A stretch of DNA of 64,000 nucleotides from an uncultured candidatus Porisulfidus sp. (GTDB taxonomy: Bacteria; Pseudomonadota; Gammaproteobacteria; Poriferisulfidales; Poriferisulfidaceae): positions 960,001-1,024,000 of the forward strand of contig OZ220480.1 in assembly GCA_965116025.1 (NCBI GenBank). Reading direction: 5' to 3'. Shown piece by piece: positions 9,627 to 20,318 of this stretch. Position 1 is the first letter of the stretch; every line of letters starts with the position of its first letter. The notes under the pieces were generated by a model, which worked only from the letters and a program-made list of their open reading frames with translations, made no database searches and was not told the origin of the DNA. A program made the translations under genes and the position numbers.

Positions 9627-11704
9627 TGCACCTCCGTTCAGTTGAACTAGTCAATTGGCGTTCGTATCGTCACACGCACTTTAATTTTCCAATATCGGAT
9701 GGCAATCGGAATGTCATACTTATAAAAGCACCAAACGAATATGGGAAAACTTCTTTTTTCGAAGCTATAACGCTTGGATTGTTTGGGCGTGAGGGATTGC
9801 GTTTCGTACCTAGGGCCCAACCTCGGGTTGTCACCAATGACGGCATGGAAAATTTGATCAAGATCAGCTATAGCCAATTTCTCGGTAAAGTGCTTCATAG
9901 ACGAGCTACCGAAAACGGTCCGGCGAAGTGTTCAGTGTCAATCAAAGCTGATGATGACACTGGAGTACCTATCGAACTTACGCGGATTTGGCATTTTCAG
10001 CGAAGTGGTCTCCACAAGCCAGCCGACGATGAAATTAATATTCTGTATGGCCATAAGAGGGAGCCCGTTCAACCTCCACCTGGTATTGAAGATAGTGGTC
10101 TATGGTTCCGTGACTGGATTGCGCTGCACTTTTTGCCACCGAGTTTGGCCGTGTTCTTTCTTTTTGATGGCGAACAGGTGCAACAGTACGCGAGACAAGA
10201 AATGAGCCAACAGGTGCGATTAGGGATCGAAAATCTGCTGGGTCTTAATATCTTGAACGAGCTCCGGGATTCGCTCGCAAATTATGCTCAACGAAAACGG
10301 AAATCCGTACCACTACCGGCCAACAGTGTGATTAAGGAAGTAGAGGATGATATCGCTACCATTTCGGAAGATATTGAGCGCAATCAAAAAACATTTGACA
10401 AAGCAGTAGGAATTTTGGGCGAACTTGAATTAGAGAGAGATCAGTTATCCCAAGTCATTGGTGGGCGTGATGGGACAGTAGCTGAGGTCGGAAACCTCAT
10501 GAAAGAAGAAGCCCGATATCGGGAAGAGGCGCGGAGCGCGATGAAGGCACTACTGGAATTAATCCAGGAAGACGTTGCTTTAGCTGTTGCGGGTGCTAAT
10601 CTACGGGAAAGCACGCGTGCCACCCTCATGGCAGAAGCAAAGCGTGAGCGATGGGAGTCTGGCCGTAACGAAGGCACCCAGAATCTTGACCGCTTCGCTC
10701 TTGAACTTAGAAAGTGCGTTGATGCTTTTGATCCGCCACTTAATGAAAAATATTGTGTAGCTGTGGTTGAAGCAGGCAGACAGGCATGGAATTCACTATG
10801 GAATCCAGCACCCGAAGGGTGTGCTGAGGTTTATCGCCATCCGTCCATCAAAGGCACGATGCGTGACCGTGCGATTGAGTTGCTACTATCCTTAGATAGC
10901 CATACCAAAGGAGAGCTGAAAGACCAAGTGGATAGATTCAATGTTGCCGTCGAACAGGCCGAAGCCAAAAAGCGAGAATGGCAAGAAACAGAGGCAACGG
11001 CTCAGGAAATCAGCCCTCATTTAGATCGACTTAAGAATCTATCCGAAAATATCTCGACTCATAAGGGTCAGAGGGATGAGGCTGAACGGGCGATTAGAAG
11101 CAAAAAATCAGATCTCTCTGATAAACAAGCAGAATTTGGCCGCTATGTGTCGGGCAAAGTAAAAAGTGGTCCCGCATTGAGGCATGCTACCTTTGCTGAT
11201 CGTTACGCTACCCTAATCCCCAATCTCGTAGAGGATGCTTGGCCAAATGAAGTTAACGAGGTCGCTGTGGAAATGACTAAAGCATGGAAGAAAATGGCCA
11301 ATCACCCGGAACGTGTGGACCGGATTGAGATCACTCCAGACTGCAGAGTTAGGATGCTGGCTGCAGGGGGCGGGGATTTACACGATATCGACATGTCAGC
11401 GGGTGCCAGCCAAGTGTTTACGCAGGCCTTAATTTTGGCTATAACCAAAGTCAGCGGACGGGCCTTTCCGTTTATAGTCGATACACCATTGGCTCGCCTG
11501 GGCAGGGTTCCGCGAATTGGGGTCCTGAAAACGTTTACAGACCGAGCAGGCCAAGTGATTCTCCTTTCTACTGACCAAGAAGTTGTGGATGACAAGCTTG
11601 ATGCAATTAGAGAGCGTTTGGTGGCTGCCTTCGAATTAACAGTCAATCACGACAAAGGTGTTTCAACAACAAGTGTCCTCGAACTCGATATAGGGAAACT
11701 CTAA
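9623..11704 (+). CDS. dndD: DNA sulfur modification protein DndD (SMC/Rad50-like ATPase)
   Basis: APNEYGKTS Walker A, FFLFDGEQV, long coiled coil, MSAG signature, IVDTPLARL, LLSTDQE. Confidence 0.88.
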   Translation: MMHLRSVELVNWRSYRHTHFNFPISDGNRNVILIKAPNEYGKTSFFEAITLGLFGREGLRFVPRAQPRVVTNDGMENLIKISYSQFLGKVLHRRATENGPAKCSVSIKADDDTGVPIELTRIWHFQRSGLHKPADDEINILYGHKREPVQPPPGIEDSGLWFRDWIALHFLPPSLAVFFLFDGEQVQQYARQEMSQQVRLGIENLLGLNILNELRDSLANYAQRKRKSVPLPANSVIKEVEDDIATISEDIERNQKTFDKAVGILGELELERDQLSQVIGGRDGTVAEVGNLMKEEARYREEARSAMKALLELIQEDVALAVAGANLRESTRATLMAEAKRERWESGRNEGTQNLDRFALELRKCVDAFDPPLNEKYCVAVVEAGRQAWNSLWNPAPEGCAEVYRHPSIKGTMRDRAIELLLSLDSHTKGELKDQVDRFNVAVEQAEAKKREWQETEATAQEISPHLDRLKNLSENISTHKGQRDEAERAIRSKKSDLSDKQAEFGRYVSGKVKSGPALRHATFADRYATLIPNLVEDAWPNEVNEVAVEMTKAWKKMANHPERVDRIEITPDCRVRMLAAGGGDLHDIDMSAGASQVFTQALILAITKVSGRAFPFIVDTPLARLGRVPRIGVLKTFTDRAGQVILLSTDQEVVDDKLDAIRERLVAAFELTVNHDKGVSTTSVLELDIGKL

Positions 11705-11706
11705 AA

Positions 11707-13245
11707 ATGAATGCTGGATTAGAAGATCTTATGACTTCTACATTCCGGACAACCCGGACTGCAGACAAGATTTGTGCTGATCTCAACGAAAAATTGGGTT
11801 GGAAGAGTCGGTATGTTGCTGCTCGCTTGGCTCTAGGAAGATCGCTATCCCACATTGAGCAACCGCCTGAACTTACATCTAAAGAAACCGAAGAAATGGC
11901 GACCCCCATGCGTGGCATGCAACTATTTGGCGAAGGAGCACAGGCCGCAGTTTGGCTAGCCATCATCACGGAACATAGCAGTGAAACAGAGATGACCAAA
12001 AGGAGCCTGCAGGGGTTGGTTTCACGCCACTGGCATAGGGGTGCATTTCTTCTCGGCCAAGACTGGAATGATTGTGGTTGCGCCATGGATAAATTCGTTG
12101 CGCGCTTAGCTGAACTTGCCGATTTTTCTGGAGATGGTGGTGGGAGTGATACTATTTCGGCCCCCAGTGCTCCCACGTATGCGGAAGAAATTAGATTACC
12201 GGTAGGAGAGATTGCTCACGACCTCCAATCAGGCGAGCAAGTAACATTCTCATTGAATGGAGAAGGCGGTAGCCCACATATGGCCATCATGGGCGGGGTT
12301 GGATCTGGTAAGACCAGGACCGCCGTCCACATGCTTCGCATGTTGCGCCAATACTGCGAGCTCCCGCTTCTCGCATTCGATTTCAAGGGCGACCTCGCCG
12401 ACCGCCTTGTCGCTAGTTTTGGTGCCACCGTGGTTTCCCCGCCAGAAGAAGCCATCCCACTGGATGTTTTGTATATCACATCTCGTGATGATATATTGAT
12501 AAAAACCTCTGCCGGTCGCATTCGGGACTCGATAGCCAAAGTGAAACGGGGCAGAGTTGGTGGTATCCAGCTAGAAGCGTTACGCGAAGCGGTTGAATCA
12601 GCTCTGCGCCATGGGCCAGCATCTACGCCAGCGACCCTTCCCGACGTTGCCTCAGCACTGAAGTCCGGGTATGAAGACCGCAATCGGCCTCCAGACGAAT
12701 TGACGGTGACATTGAACGAGCTAACACAGTTCGTGCTTTTCGAACCAAAGTTTTCACCAGCCGAATTCTTTTCAAAAAGTTGGATTATTCAGCTTCCACA
12801 AGGTGGCTCTGAAGAAATGAGGCGGCTGATTATCAATCTGACACTTGACGCATTAGACCGTTGGATCAACTCTCAACCTGATGCGCCAACGGATGATCGA
12901 GGCGTTCGCGCTCTCCGCCATTTGACCATGCTTGATGAAGCTCATGTGATCTTGTCAACGAAGCTTCCCGCTCTTGGAAATCTCGTTCGCATGAGCCGGT
13001 CCAAGGGTGGTTCTATTATGTTGATATCACAATCGCCTGATGATTTTGAGCGTGCCGAAGATGGTTATTTGGATAATATGGGTATGACCTTGGCCTTTAA
13101 TACTCAAGCTAAGCCTGGGCCAATAAAACGCATTTTCGTTGACAATACCTGCCGCTTAACGAGTTTGAAGGCTGGTGAAGCAATGTGCCGGCTTCGTTTG
13201 GAGGCCCGAACACAGAAGATTCTTTGCTGGAAGCCTGAAGATTGA
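11707..13245 (+). CDS. DndE-like N-terminal domain fused to HerA/FtsK-type ATPase
   Basis: N-terminal ARLALGRSL..HWHRG DndE-like segment; HMAIMGGVGSGKT, FDFKGD, LTMLDEAH, RSKG..SQSPDD. Confidence 0.7.
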   Translation: MNAGLEDLMTSTFRTTRTADKICADLNEKLGWKSRYVAARLALGRSLSHIEQPPELTSKETEEMATPMRGMQLFGEGAQAAVWLAIITEHSSETEMTKRSLQGLVSRHWHRGAFLLGQDWNDCGCAMDKFVARLAELADFSGDGGGSDTISAPSAPTYAEEIRLPVGEIAHDLQSGEQVTFSLNGEGGSPHMAIMGGVGSGKTRTAVHMLRMLRQYCELPLLAFDFKGDLADRLVASFGATVVSPPEEAIPLDVLYITSRDDILIKTSAGRIRDSIAKVKRGRVGGIQLEALREAVESALRHGPASTPATLPDVASALKSGYEDRNRPPDELTVTLNELTQFVLFEPKFSPAEFFSKSWIIQLPQGGSEEMRRLIINLTLDALDRWINSQPDAPTDDRGVRALRHLTMLDEAHVILSTKLPALGNLVRMSRSKGGSIMLISQSPDDFERAEDGYLDNMGMTLAFNTQAKPGPIKRIFVDNTCRLTSLKAGEAMCRLRLEARTQKILCWKPED

Positions 13246-13301
13246 GAACAAGCATCTTGATGGCTTGAAAGCATCTCACCTTGAGCTTGATGTCGGTCCT
13301 G

Positions 13302-15083
13302 TCAGAGACGGATCCCGTCCACGTGTTGCTGCAGCCAACTTTCTAAGGCCGCCGCGTGCCACAGAAGGCTGCCGTCCAGAGCCGTCCGATGCCGTAGCGG
13401 TTCCTGAAGCAACCGGTTCAGATATTCTCCCCGGAACAATCCCCGCCCTCGGCATTCTGGGCGGTTCAGGGTCTCCCGTGCCCAGTCCAGAAACGACCCC
13501 CGCACGTACTTGAGGGCGGGCACCGGGAAGTATCCTTTCGGGCGGTCGATCACCTCCGTCGGCAGTCGGGACCGCGCCAGGGCGCGTAGCGGATACTTGC
13601 CGCCATCGCGCAATTTCAGTTCCGCCGGCATTCCCGCGACGCATTCCACCAGTTGATGATCGAGGTAGGGCACGCGCGCCTCGAGGCCCCAGGCCATGGT
13701 CATGTTGTCGACGCGCTTGACCGGGTCGTCGGTGATCAGCATGGTCGCGTCCATGCGCAGCACGGAATTCAGGAACTCGACATCCTCGCCACCTTCCAGC
13801 CGTTCGGAGAGCAGCGTCCGGGTGTGGTTCTCGCCGACCCATTCAGGCGCGAGAGCCGCGCGCAGGTCCGCGTGAGAGCGGTCCAGGTAATGGCGGCAGA
13901 AGGCGTCCAGCCCGTCAGCCCGCTCCGCATGCATTTTCGGATACCAGGAGTAGCCTGCGAACACCTCGTCCGCGCCCTGCCCGCTTTGCACCACCGAGAT
14001 GTCCTGCTTGACCTGCTCGGCCAGCAGAAAGAACGCCGCCGCGTCCTGCGCGACCATGGGTTCGCTCATGCATCCGATCGCCTCGTCTAAGCGCTCTAGT
14101 AGCTGGTCGTCGCGGATGAAGTAGCGGTGGTGCTCGGTAGCGTAATGCCACGCCACCGCGTCCGAGTAGTCGAATTCGTGCCCGGCCTCGCCGCCCGCGT
14201 CCTCGAAGCCGATGCTGTAAGTTCGGATGGGCGAGGAGCCGCGCTCGGCCAGCAGGGCCACCAGCAGGCTGGAATCCAGACCGCCGGAAAGCAGCACGCC
14301 AACCGGGATGTCCGAGGCTTCCGCGCGCTTGCGCACGGCCTCTCGAAGCTCGACATGCGCCTGCTCCACCCATTCTTCCGCGCTACGTCCGGGATCTGGA
14401 TCGCGCGCGTCCAGTTTCCAGTAGCGTCGTTCCGTCACCGAGCCATTCGCGTGGACGGTCAGGTGGTGCCCCGGAGCGAGTTTGCGGATCGAGCGCAGCA
14501 GGGTGCGCGGCGCCGGGACGACCGCGTGGAGACTTAGGTGATGATGCAGGGCGACCTCGTCGAGCGCGAGGTCGACGTCTCCGGTGGCGAGCAACGCTTG
14601 CGCGCTGGATGCGAAGCGCACCGCGCTGGAAGTCCGGTGGTAATACAGCGGCTTGATGCCCAGCCGATCCCGGGCCAAGAACAGCCGCTCCGCGCCCGGG
14701 TCCCACAGGGCGAAGGCGAACATGCCGTGCAGACGCCCGACGCAGTCCTCGCCCCATTCGGCATAGGCTTTCAGGATGACCTCGCTGTCTCCCGTCGTGC
14801 GGAAGCGGTGGCCGCGCTCTCGGAGCTCTTCTCTCAGTTCCGGGTAGTTGTAAACGCAACCGTTGAACGCCAGAACTCTCCCGGAATCGGGATCTTTCAG
14901 TGGCTGGTGCGCGCGGGGATGCAGATCAATGACTGACAGGCGGCGGTGTCCCAAGGCGACGCCGCCTTCATTCCACTGGCCTTCGTGATCGGGTCCGCGC
15001 CGCGCGAGCGGGCGAAGCATGCGAGCGACGCGGGCCGGGTCGGCGGGCCTCCGAAAATTCCGTTCTCCCGCGAATCCGCACAC
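13302..15083 (-). CDS. asparagine synthase-family amidotransferase (N-acetylglutaminylglutamine amidotransferase-like)
   Basis: GTG-CGFAGE Ntn start, RRGPD, LLSGGLDSS, SGQGADE, DDPVKRVDNMTMAWGLEARVP. Confidence 0.88.
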   Translation of the reverse strand: MCGFAGERNFRRPADPARVARMLRPLARRGPDHEGQWNEGGVALGHRRLSVIDLHPRAHQPLKDPDSGRVLAFNGCVYNYPELREELRERGHRFRTTGDSEVILKAYAEWGEDCVGRLHGMFAFALWDPGAERLFLARDRLGIKPLYYHRTSSAVRFASSAQALLATGDVDLALDEVALHHHLSLHAVVPAPRTLLRSIRKLAPGHHLTVHANGSVTERRYWKLDARDPDPGRSAEEWVEQAHVELREAVRKRAEASDIPVGVLLSGGLDSSLLVALLAERGSSPIRTYSIGFEDAGGEAGHEFDYSDAVAWHYATEHHRYFIRDDQLLERLDEAIGCMSEPMVAQDAAAFFLLAEQVKQDISVVQSGQGADEVFAGYSWYPKMHAERADGLDAFCRHYLDRSHADLRAALAPEWVGENHTRTLLSERLEGGEDVEFLNSVLRMDATMLITDDPVKRVDNMTMAWGLEARVPYLDHQLVECVAGMPAELKLRDGGKYPLRALARSRLPTEVIDRPKGYFPVPALKYVRGSFLDWARETLNRPECRGRGLFRGEYLNRLLQEPLRHRTALDGSLLWHAAALESWLQQHVDGIRL

Positions 15084-15124
15084 GATGGCATATAGTAACG
15101 CTTTTTTTGGGAGCCTCTCCGCCC

Positions 15125-16177
15125 ATGTCCGAGTCTTTGCCGGATCTTTCGCGAGCCATTCGCCGATGGGGGCGGGAGCTGGGCTTCGACCAAGTTGGCA
15201 TCGCTGATTTGGACTTGGGCGAGCACGAGACGCGTTTTCTGGACTGGCTGAGGAAGGGCCGGCATGGCGAGATGGACTACATGCGCCGTCACGGAGTTCG
15301 TCGCTCGCGTCCGGCATGGTTGGTGCCGGGCACGCGGCGGGTGATCTCGGCCCGGATGAATTACCTTCCCCACGGGCTTGAGCGCGCGGAACGGGCGTTG
15401 GCGGACCCGGACCGTGGATACGTCTCCCGGTACGCTTTGGGCCGAGACTACCACAAGGTGTTGCGCGGCCGACTTCGGCGGCTGGCACGGCGCGTCGAGG
15501 AGGCGGCGGGTCCGTTCGGCTTCCGGGTATTCGTCGACAGCGCTCCGGCGCTCGAGAAAGCGTTGGCCGAGCGCGCCGGGCTGGGCTGGATCGGCAAGCA
15601 TACCAACCTGTTGGCTAAGGACGCGGGCTCCTGGTTCTTTTTGGGCGAGATCTATACGGATTTGCCGCTGACGCCGGACCCGCCGACCCGCGCGGGGCAT
15701 TGCGGGGATTGCCGGGCTTGCATCGATATCTGCCCGACCCGGGCGATCGTCGCGCCCTACCAGCTGGACGCGCGTCGGTGCGTCTCGTACCTGACGATCG
15801 AGCTGAAGGGCTCGATTCCCGCGCCGTTGCGGCCGCTGATCGGAAACCGGGTCTACGGTTGCGACGATTGCCAGCTGGCCTGCCCGTGGAATCGCTACGC
15901 TCGGCTGGCCGCGGTGAAAGATTTCCAGCCGCGCGCGGCGCTTGATGGTCCGTCACTGGTGGAGATGATGGCTTGGGAGGAAGCGGAGTTCCTGCGCCAC
16001 ACCGAGGGCACGGCCCTTCGCCGAATCGGCCATATCCAGTGGCTGCGCAACGTCGCCGTCGCGCTGGGCAACGCCCCGCGCGGAGAGATCGCGGTCACGG
16101 CCCTGGAAGCCCGGGCCGTCCATTCCAGTGAACTGGTCCGCGAGCACGTCGCGTGGGCGCTGGAGCGCCACGCGTGA
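15125..16177 (+). CDS. queG: epoxyqueuosine reductase
   Basis: SRYALGRDYH, VDSAP, CGDCRACIDICPT, YGCDDCQLACPWN. Confidence 0.93.
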   Translation: MSESLPDLSRAIRRWGRELGFDQVGIADLDLGEHETRFLDWLRKGRHGEMDYMRRHGVRRSRPAWLVPGTRRVISARMNYLPHGLERAERALADPDRGYVSRYALGRDYHKVLRGRLRRLARRVEEAAGPFGFRVFVDSAPALEKALAERAGLGWIGKHTNLLAKDAGSWFFLGEIYTDLPLTPDPPTRAGHCGDCRACIDICPTRAIVAPYQLDARRCVSYLTIELKGSIPAPLRPLIGNRVYGCDDCQLACPWNRYARLAAVKDFQPRAALDGPSLVEMMAWEEAEFLRHTEGTALRRIGHIQWLRNVAVALGNAPRGEIAVTALEARAVHSSELVREHVAWALERHA

Positions 16178-17891
16178 GCGCGGTCTCTGGGCATCTCCGG
16201 ACGCTGTATCCGGACGCGGACGCGGAGGAGTTACGGCGAAGAATCGCGGAGAGCTTCGAAAGGCATCCGTACGAGTCGCTCCGCCCGGACCGGGACTGGT
16301 CGGAGCGCGACGCGATGCTGATCACGTACGCCGACACCTTGATCGAGCCGGGAGCGGCACCGTTGCGCGTTCTGGCGGATTTTCTGGAAACCCGTCTGCG
16401 CGCCGCCTTCAGCGCGGTTCATTTGCTGCCGTATTTCCCGGCCACCTCGGACGATGGCTTCGCGGTTTCTTCCTATCGGGACGTGCGGCCGGATCTGGGA
16501 GATTGGGAGGATATCTCGCGCATCGCGGAGCAGTTCGACCTGATGACCGATCTGGTCCTGAATCATTGCTCGCGGGAGCACCCGCTGGCGCGGCGTCTAT
16601 GGGCGGGCGACGCTAGCGCGGAGTCTTGGTTTCACGTGGTCGATCCGGGGGTGGACACGTCCGCGGTCGTTCGGCCGCGGGCGACTCCGTTGATCACGCC
16701 TCTTCCGAAAGATCCGCGGGGTCGCGGCGTCTGGACCACGTTCAGCGCCGACCAGTTGGATCTCAACTACCGCAATCCAGAAGTCTTGCTCGAGGTCATC
16801 GACGTGATGGCGCGATACCTGTCCGCCGGCACGCGCTTGCTACGGCTGGACGCGGTCGCCTATCTTTGGAAGGAGATCGGCACCAGTTGCATCCATTTGC
16901 TCGAGACGCACCGAATCGTGCGGTTGCTTCACGCGATCCTTCGGGAACATGCGCCTGGTTGCCGGCTGGTCACGGAAACCAATGTCCCGCAGCACGAGAA
17001 CCTGAGCTATTTCGGGGCGGGAGACGAGGCGGACCTGGTCTACCAGTTCGCGTTGCCGTCTTTGGTTCTGCAGGCTCTGCACCGTGGCAGTTCCGTCTAC
17101 ATGAACCGATGGTTGCGCGACTGGCCGGAATTGCCGACGGGCCGCACGTTCCTAAACTTCCTCGCGTCCCACGACGGAATCGGCGTGCGTCCGGTCGAGC
17201 GGATCGTTCGCCCGGAGGAGCTGGAGGATCTGCTGGAGACGATGCGCCGCTTTGGCGGGCGGGTCAGCGCCCGGGCTGACGGCGATGGGCGCGAGCGTCC
17301 CTACGAAATCAACATCACGCTGTTCGACGCCTTGCGTGGCACCCGCTTCGGCGAGGACGATCTGCAAATCGCCCGGATGCTGTGCGCGCACGTTATTCTT
17401 CTGTCCTTGCCCGGCATACCGGCGATCTACATCCATAGTTTGCTGGCATCGCCGAACGACGAGAGCAAGATGCGGGAGACCGGCCGCGCGCGCTCGATCA
17501 ATCGCGGTCAGCTGGATCGGGTCGAACTAGAACGGCAGCTTGACGAGCCCGGGCATCCGCGCCGGCGGACCCTGGAAGCGTTGCTGGGCTTGATTCGCCT
17601 TCGGCCGCGCAACCCGCGTTCGCGCCCCAGGCGAAGATGAAGCCTCTGGCGCTCGGCTCCGGGCTTCTCGCCCTGACGCGCGAGGCTCCCGAACAGGCGA
17701 TTCTCCTGCTGTGCAACCTCACTCCGAGCGCGCAGCGAGTAAACTTGGACACGAGTCCGCTGGGGCGGCCGCGCTCGGCGCGCGACCTGATCGGGGGCGG
17801 GCGTTTTCGGGCGTCTCAAAGCCGGCTGGCGCTGGATCTGGCTCCGTACCAGTGTCTTTGGCTGACGGAGAACGGCGCCAGGAGAGGCTGA
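16174..17891 (+). pseudogene. GH13 sucrose/glucosylglycerate phosphorylase family, single frameshift near 17603
   Basis: MLITYAD, DDGFAV, DLVLNH, WTTFSADQLDLN, RLDAVAYLWK, SHDGIG; the C-terminal AQPAF.. segment continues in another frame (ORF 17637-17891). Confidence 0.75.
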
Positions 17892-18014
17892 GAGGATCGT
17901 CAGAATTCGCGGGGTTTGATAGGATTCCCAAGGTGGGCGCATCCAGCATAGCGGGCGCATGCCTGATTCAAAAACGGATTTTAGAGACGGCCGCGGGATC
18001 GGCAAGGAGATATT

Positions 18015-20318
18015 ATGGCGTATTGTGGAACGATCTGCATGCAGATCTGCGGGTTTTCCCTCTCGGGGCTGTTGGCCGTCATGGCGTTTTTGCTAACGAC
18101 GGTCACCGCGCACGCGCAGGAGGTCATCACGGTCTTCGGCGCCCGGGCGGTGTTCCAGCACGCTGGCGTTCCAACGGACACGCCGAATCTGATCCGGCTG
18201 GCACCCGGCGGCGCGGTCAACCGAAACGGCGCCCTGACCAGCATCCCGCAGTATCGGGGCATGCATACCTACCGGGTCCAGACCCATCTGGACGGTCGTC
18301 AGCCGCACACGGCGGGGCCCAACTGGATGGACAGCCCGTTGCATTACATGCCCAGCTCCCTCATGGACGTGGTGCAGGTGCATCGTGGCATCGCCCCGGT
18401 TCGAGTGGGCCCCGCGCTCGGCGGCTATATCGAGGCGGATTCACATACCAGCCGCTACAGTCTGTCCGAGGACTACGAGTTTCGCGCGCGGGTGACGGCC
18501 GACAACACCTCGCGCAACGACGGCAACAGCGCGAGCGCGTTCTTGTCGGCGTCGAACGATCAGGCTCGCTACCACGCGTACGGCGCGCGCGACGAGGGAG
18601 ACGAGGCCAAAAGCGGGGACGGGAGAGTTCCGGCCTCGCGCTATGAGCGGGATTTTTTCGGATTCGGCATGGGCCGCCAGTTTCGGCAGGGCGAGCTGAC
18701 GTTCGACTACGCCCGCAACAACACCGGGGAGTCCGGAACGCCCGCGTTGCCGATGGACATTGATTTCTACCATACGGACCTGGTGAATCTCCGTTATCGA
18801 GGGGACCTTGGCCGGTGGCGCGTGGAGGCGCAGCTCCACTATCAGAACACTGACCACCTAATGAGCAACTACGGGCTTCGCGCGCCGCCAGACTTCAGCA
18901 TGTCGATGGCGGATATCTTGCCGCCGTTCCGGGGGGCGGATCGCCGCTTGGTGTTCGTCGAGGGTCGGTCGGTCGGAGGCAAACTGGTCGGAGACCGTCC
19001 ATGGGGCGACGGGACCTTGCGCTTGGGCATGGACCTCCGGCAAAGCGAGAATGACGCGACGGTGCGCGACCCGGACGCGGCCCCGTTCTTCGTCGATAGC
19101 GTCAGCGACGCGACGACGGACGAATACGGAGCGTTCGTCGAATGGAGCGGCGCGCTCGGGGCCTCGTGGGAAGGAGACTTCGGGGTTCGGGTGCAGCATA
19201 CTCGCGCGGACGCCGACCCGGTCGACCACTTCCGGCCGACATGCCAGATGCTGTTGCGAGCCAACGCCAGTTCGGATCATCGGAAGTACGGTCGGGATGG
19301 CTCGCTCGCCGCGCGGGGGTGCGACGACCCGACCCTGACCCCGATGGATTGGATGCCCGCCCCGGCCATGTCGGTCGGGAGGCTGAGCGGACGCTACAAC
19401 CAAGCGGACCGAAGTCAGGAAGACACGGAGATCGACGCGACCGCCGTGCTGCGCTATCAATGGGGGGAGTTGACCGAGCTGGAGTTCGGCTTGGCGCGCA
19501 AGACCCGAGCGCCCGCCTATATGGAACGGTACGCGTGGGTCCCGCTCGAGGTAAACGGGGGGTTGGGAGACGGCAACAACTACGTCGGCGACATCAATCT
19601 GAAGCCGGAGGAGTCCTGGCAGATCGAACTGGGCTTAAACTGGGGGGATGGGGGTGGGAAGTTCTCGCCGCGCGTCTTCGCGCGGCGAGTGAACGACTAT
19701 ATCACCGGGGTTCCGGCCGAGGACGAGCATGCGATTCGGGTCAGCGAGGTACTCAACGGCGATCCGACCCCGATCCGGTTCGCCAACGTCGATGCCGAGT
19801 TTTACGGGGCCGACGCGGTGTTCGGGTTTCCGTTGAGCCGGGACTGGCGGCTGGACGGCACGGTCAGCTACGTGCGCGGCAAGTTGCGGGAGTCTTTCGA
19901 GAGCCAGAAGCGGGCGGACGGGACGACCCGGACGATTCGAGACGATAACGTCTACCGCATCCCTCCGCTACGCGGGCTGTTGTCCGTCTCGCGCGCCCTG
20001 GACGATTGGGTGGTGGCGGTCGAGGTGGACTGGGCCGCTCGCCAGTCGAAGGTGTCGAAGCTGTTGCTGGACGATCCTCGAAATCCGAAGAATCACGACC
20101 GCCCCACTTCCGGCTACGCGCTGTACAACCTGCGAGCGCAATATGCCAGTCCGTCCATGGGGCTCACCCTGTCGATCGGGGTGGAGAATCTGACGGATCG
20201 CATGTACGTCGACCACATGAACGGATTCAACCGGGTTGGCGGGGAAGACCTGGCGGTCGGGGAGCGTCTTCCGGGCCCGGGGCGCAACGCGTACGCCCGG
20301 ATTAATTGGGAGTGGTGA
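18015..20318 (+). CDS. TonB-dependent outer-membrane receptor
   Basis: Signal peptide (AHA-Q), plug region, LKPEES, GVENLTDRMY, C-terminal GRNAYARINWEW. Confidence 0.88.
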   Translation: MAYCGTICMQICGFSLSGLLAVMAFLLTTVTAHAQEVITVFGARAVFQHAGVPTDTPNLIRLAPGGAVNRNGALTSIPQYRGMHTYRVQTHLDGRQPHTAGPNWMDSPLHYMPSSLMDVVQVHRGIAPVRVGPALGGYIEADSHTSRYSLSEDYEFRARVTADNTSRNDGNSASAFLSASNDQARYHAYGARDEGDEAKSGDGRVPASRYERDFFGFGMGRQFRQGELTFDYARNNTGESGTPALPMDIDFYHTDLVNLRYRGDLGRWRVEAQLHYQNTDHLMSNYGLRAPPDFSMSMADILPPFRGADRRLVFVEGRSVGGKLVGDRPWGDGTLRLGMDLRQSENDATVRDPDAAPFFVDSVSDATTDEYGAFVEWSGALGASWEGDFGVRVQHTRADADPVDHFRPTCQMLLRANASSDHRKYGRDGSLAARGCDDPTLTPMDWMPAPAMSVGRLSGRYNQADRSQEDTEIDATAVLRYQWGELTELEFGLARKTRAPAYMERYAWVPLEVNGGLGDGNNYVGDINLKPEESWQIELGLNWGDGGGKFSPRVFARRVNDYITGVPAEDEHAIRVSEVLNGDPTPIRFANVDAEFYGADAVFGFPLSRDWRLDGTVSYVRGKLRESFESQKRADGTTRTIRDDNVYRIPPLRGLLSVSRALDDWVVAVEVDWAARQSKVSKLLLDDPRNPKNHDRPTSGYALYNLRAQYASPSMGLTLSIGVENLTDRMYVDHMNGFNRVGGEDLAVGERLPGPGRNAYARINWEW

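Noticed and set aside
15084-15488. Long N-terminal extension of the amidotransferase
   Set aside because: Overlaps queG antisense; Ntn amidotransferases need Cys at position 2, which fixes the start at 15083
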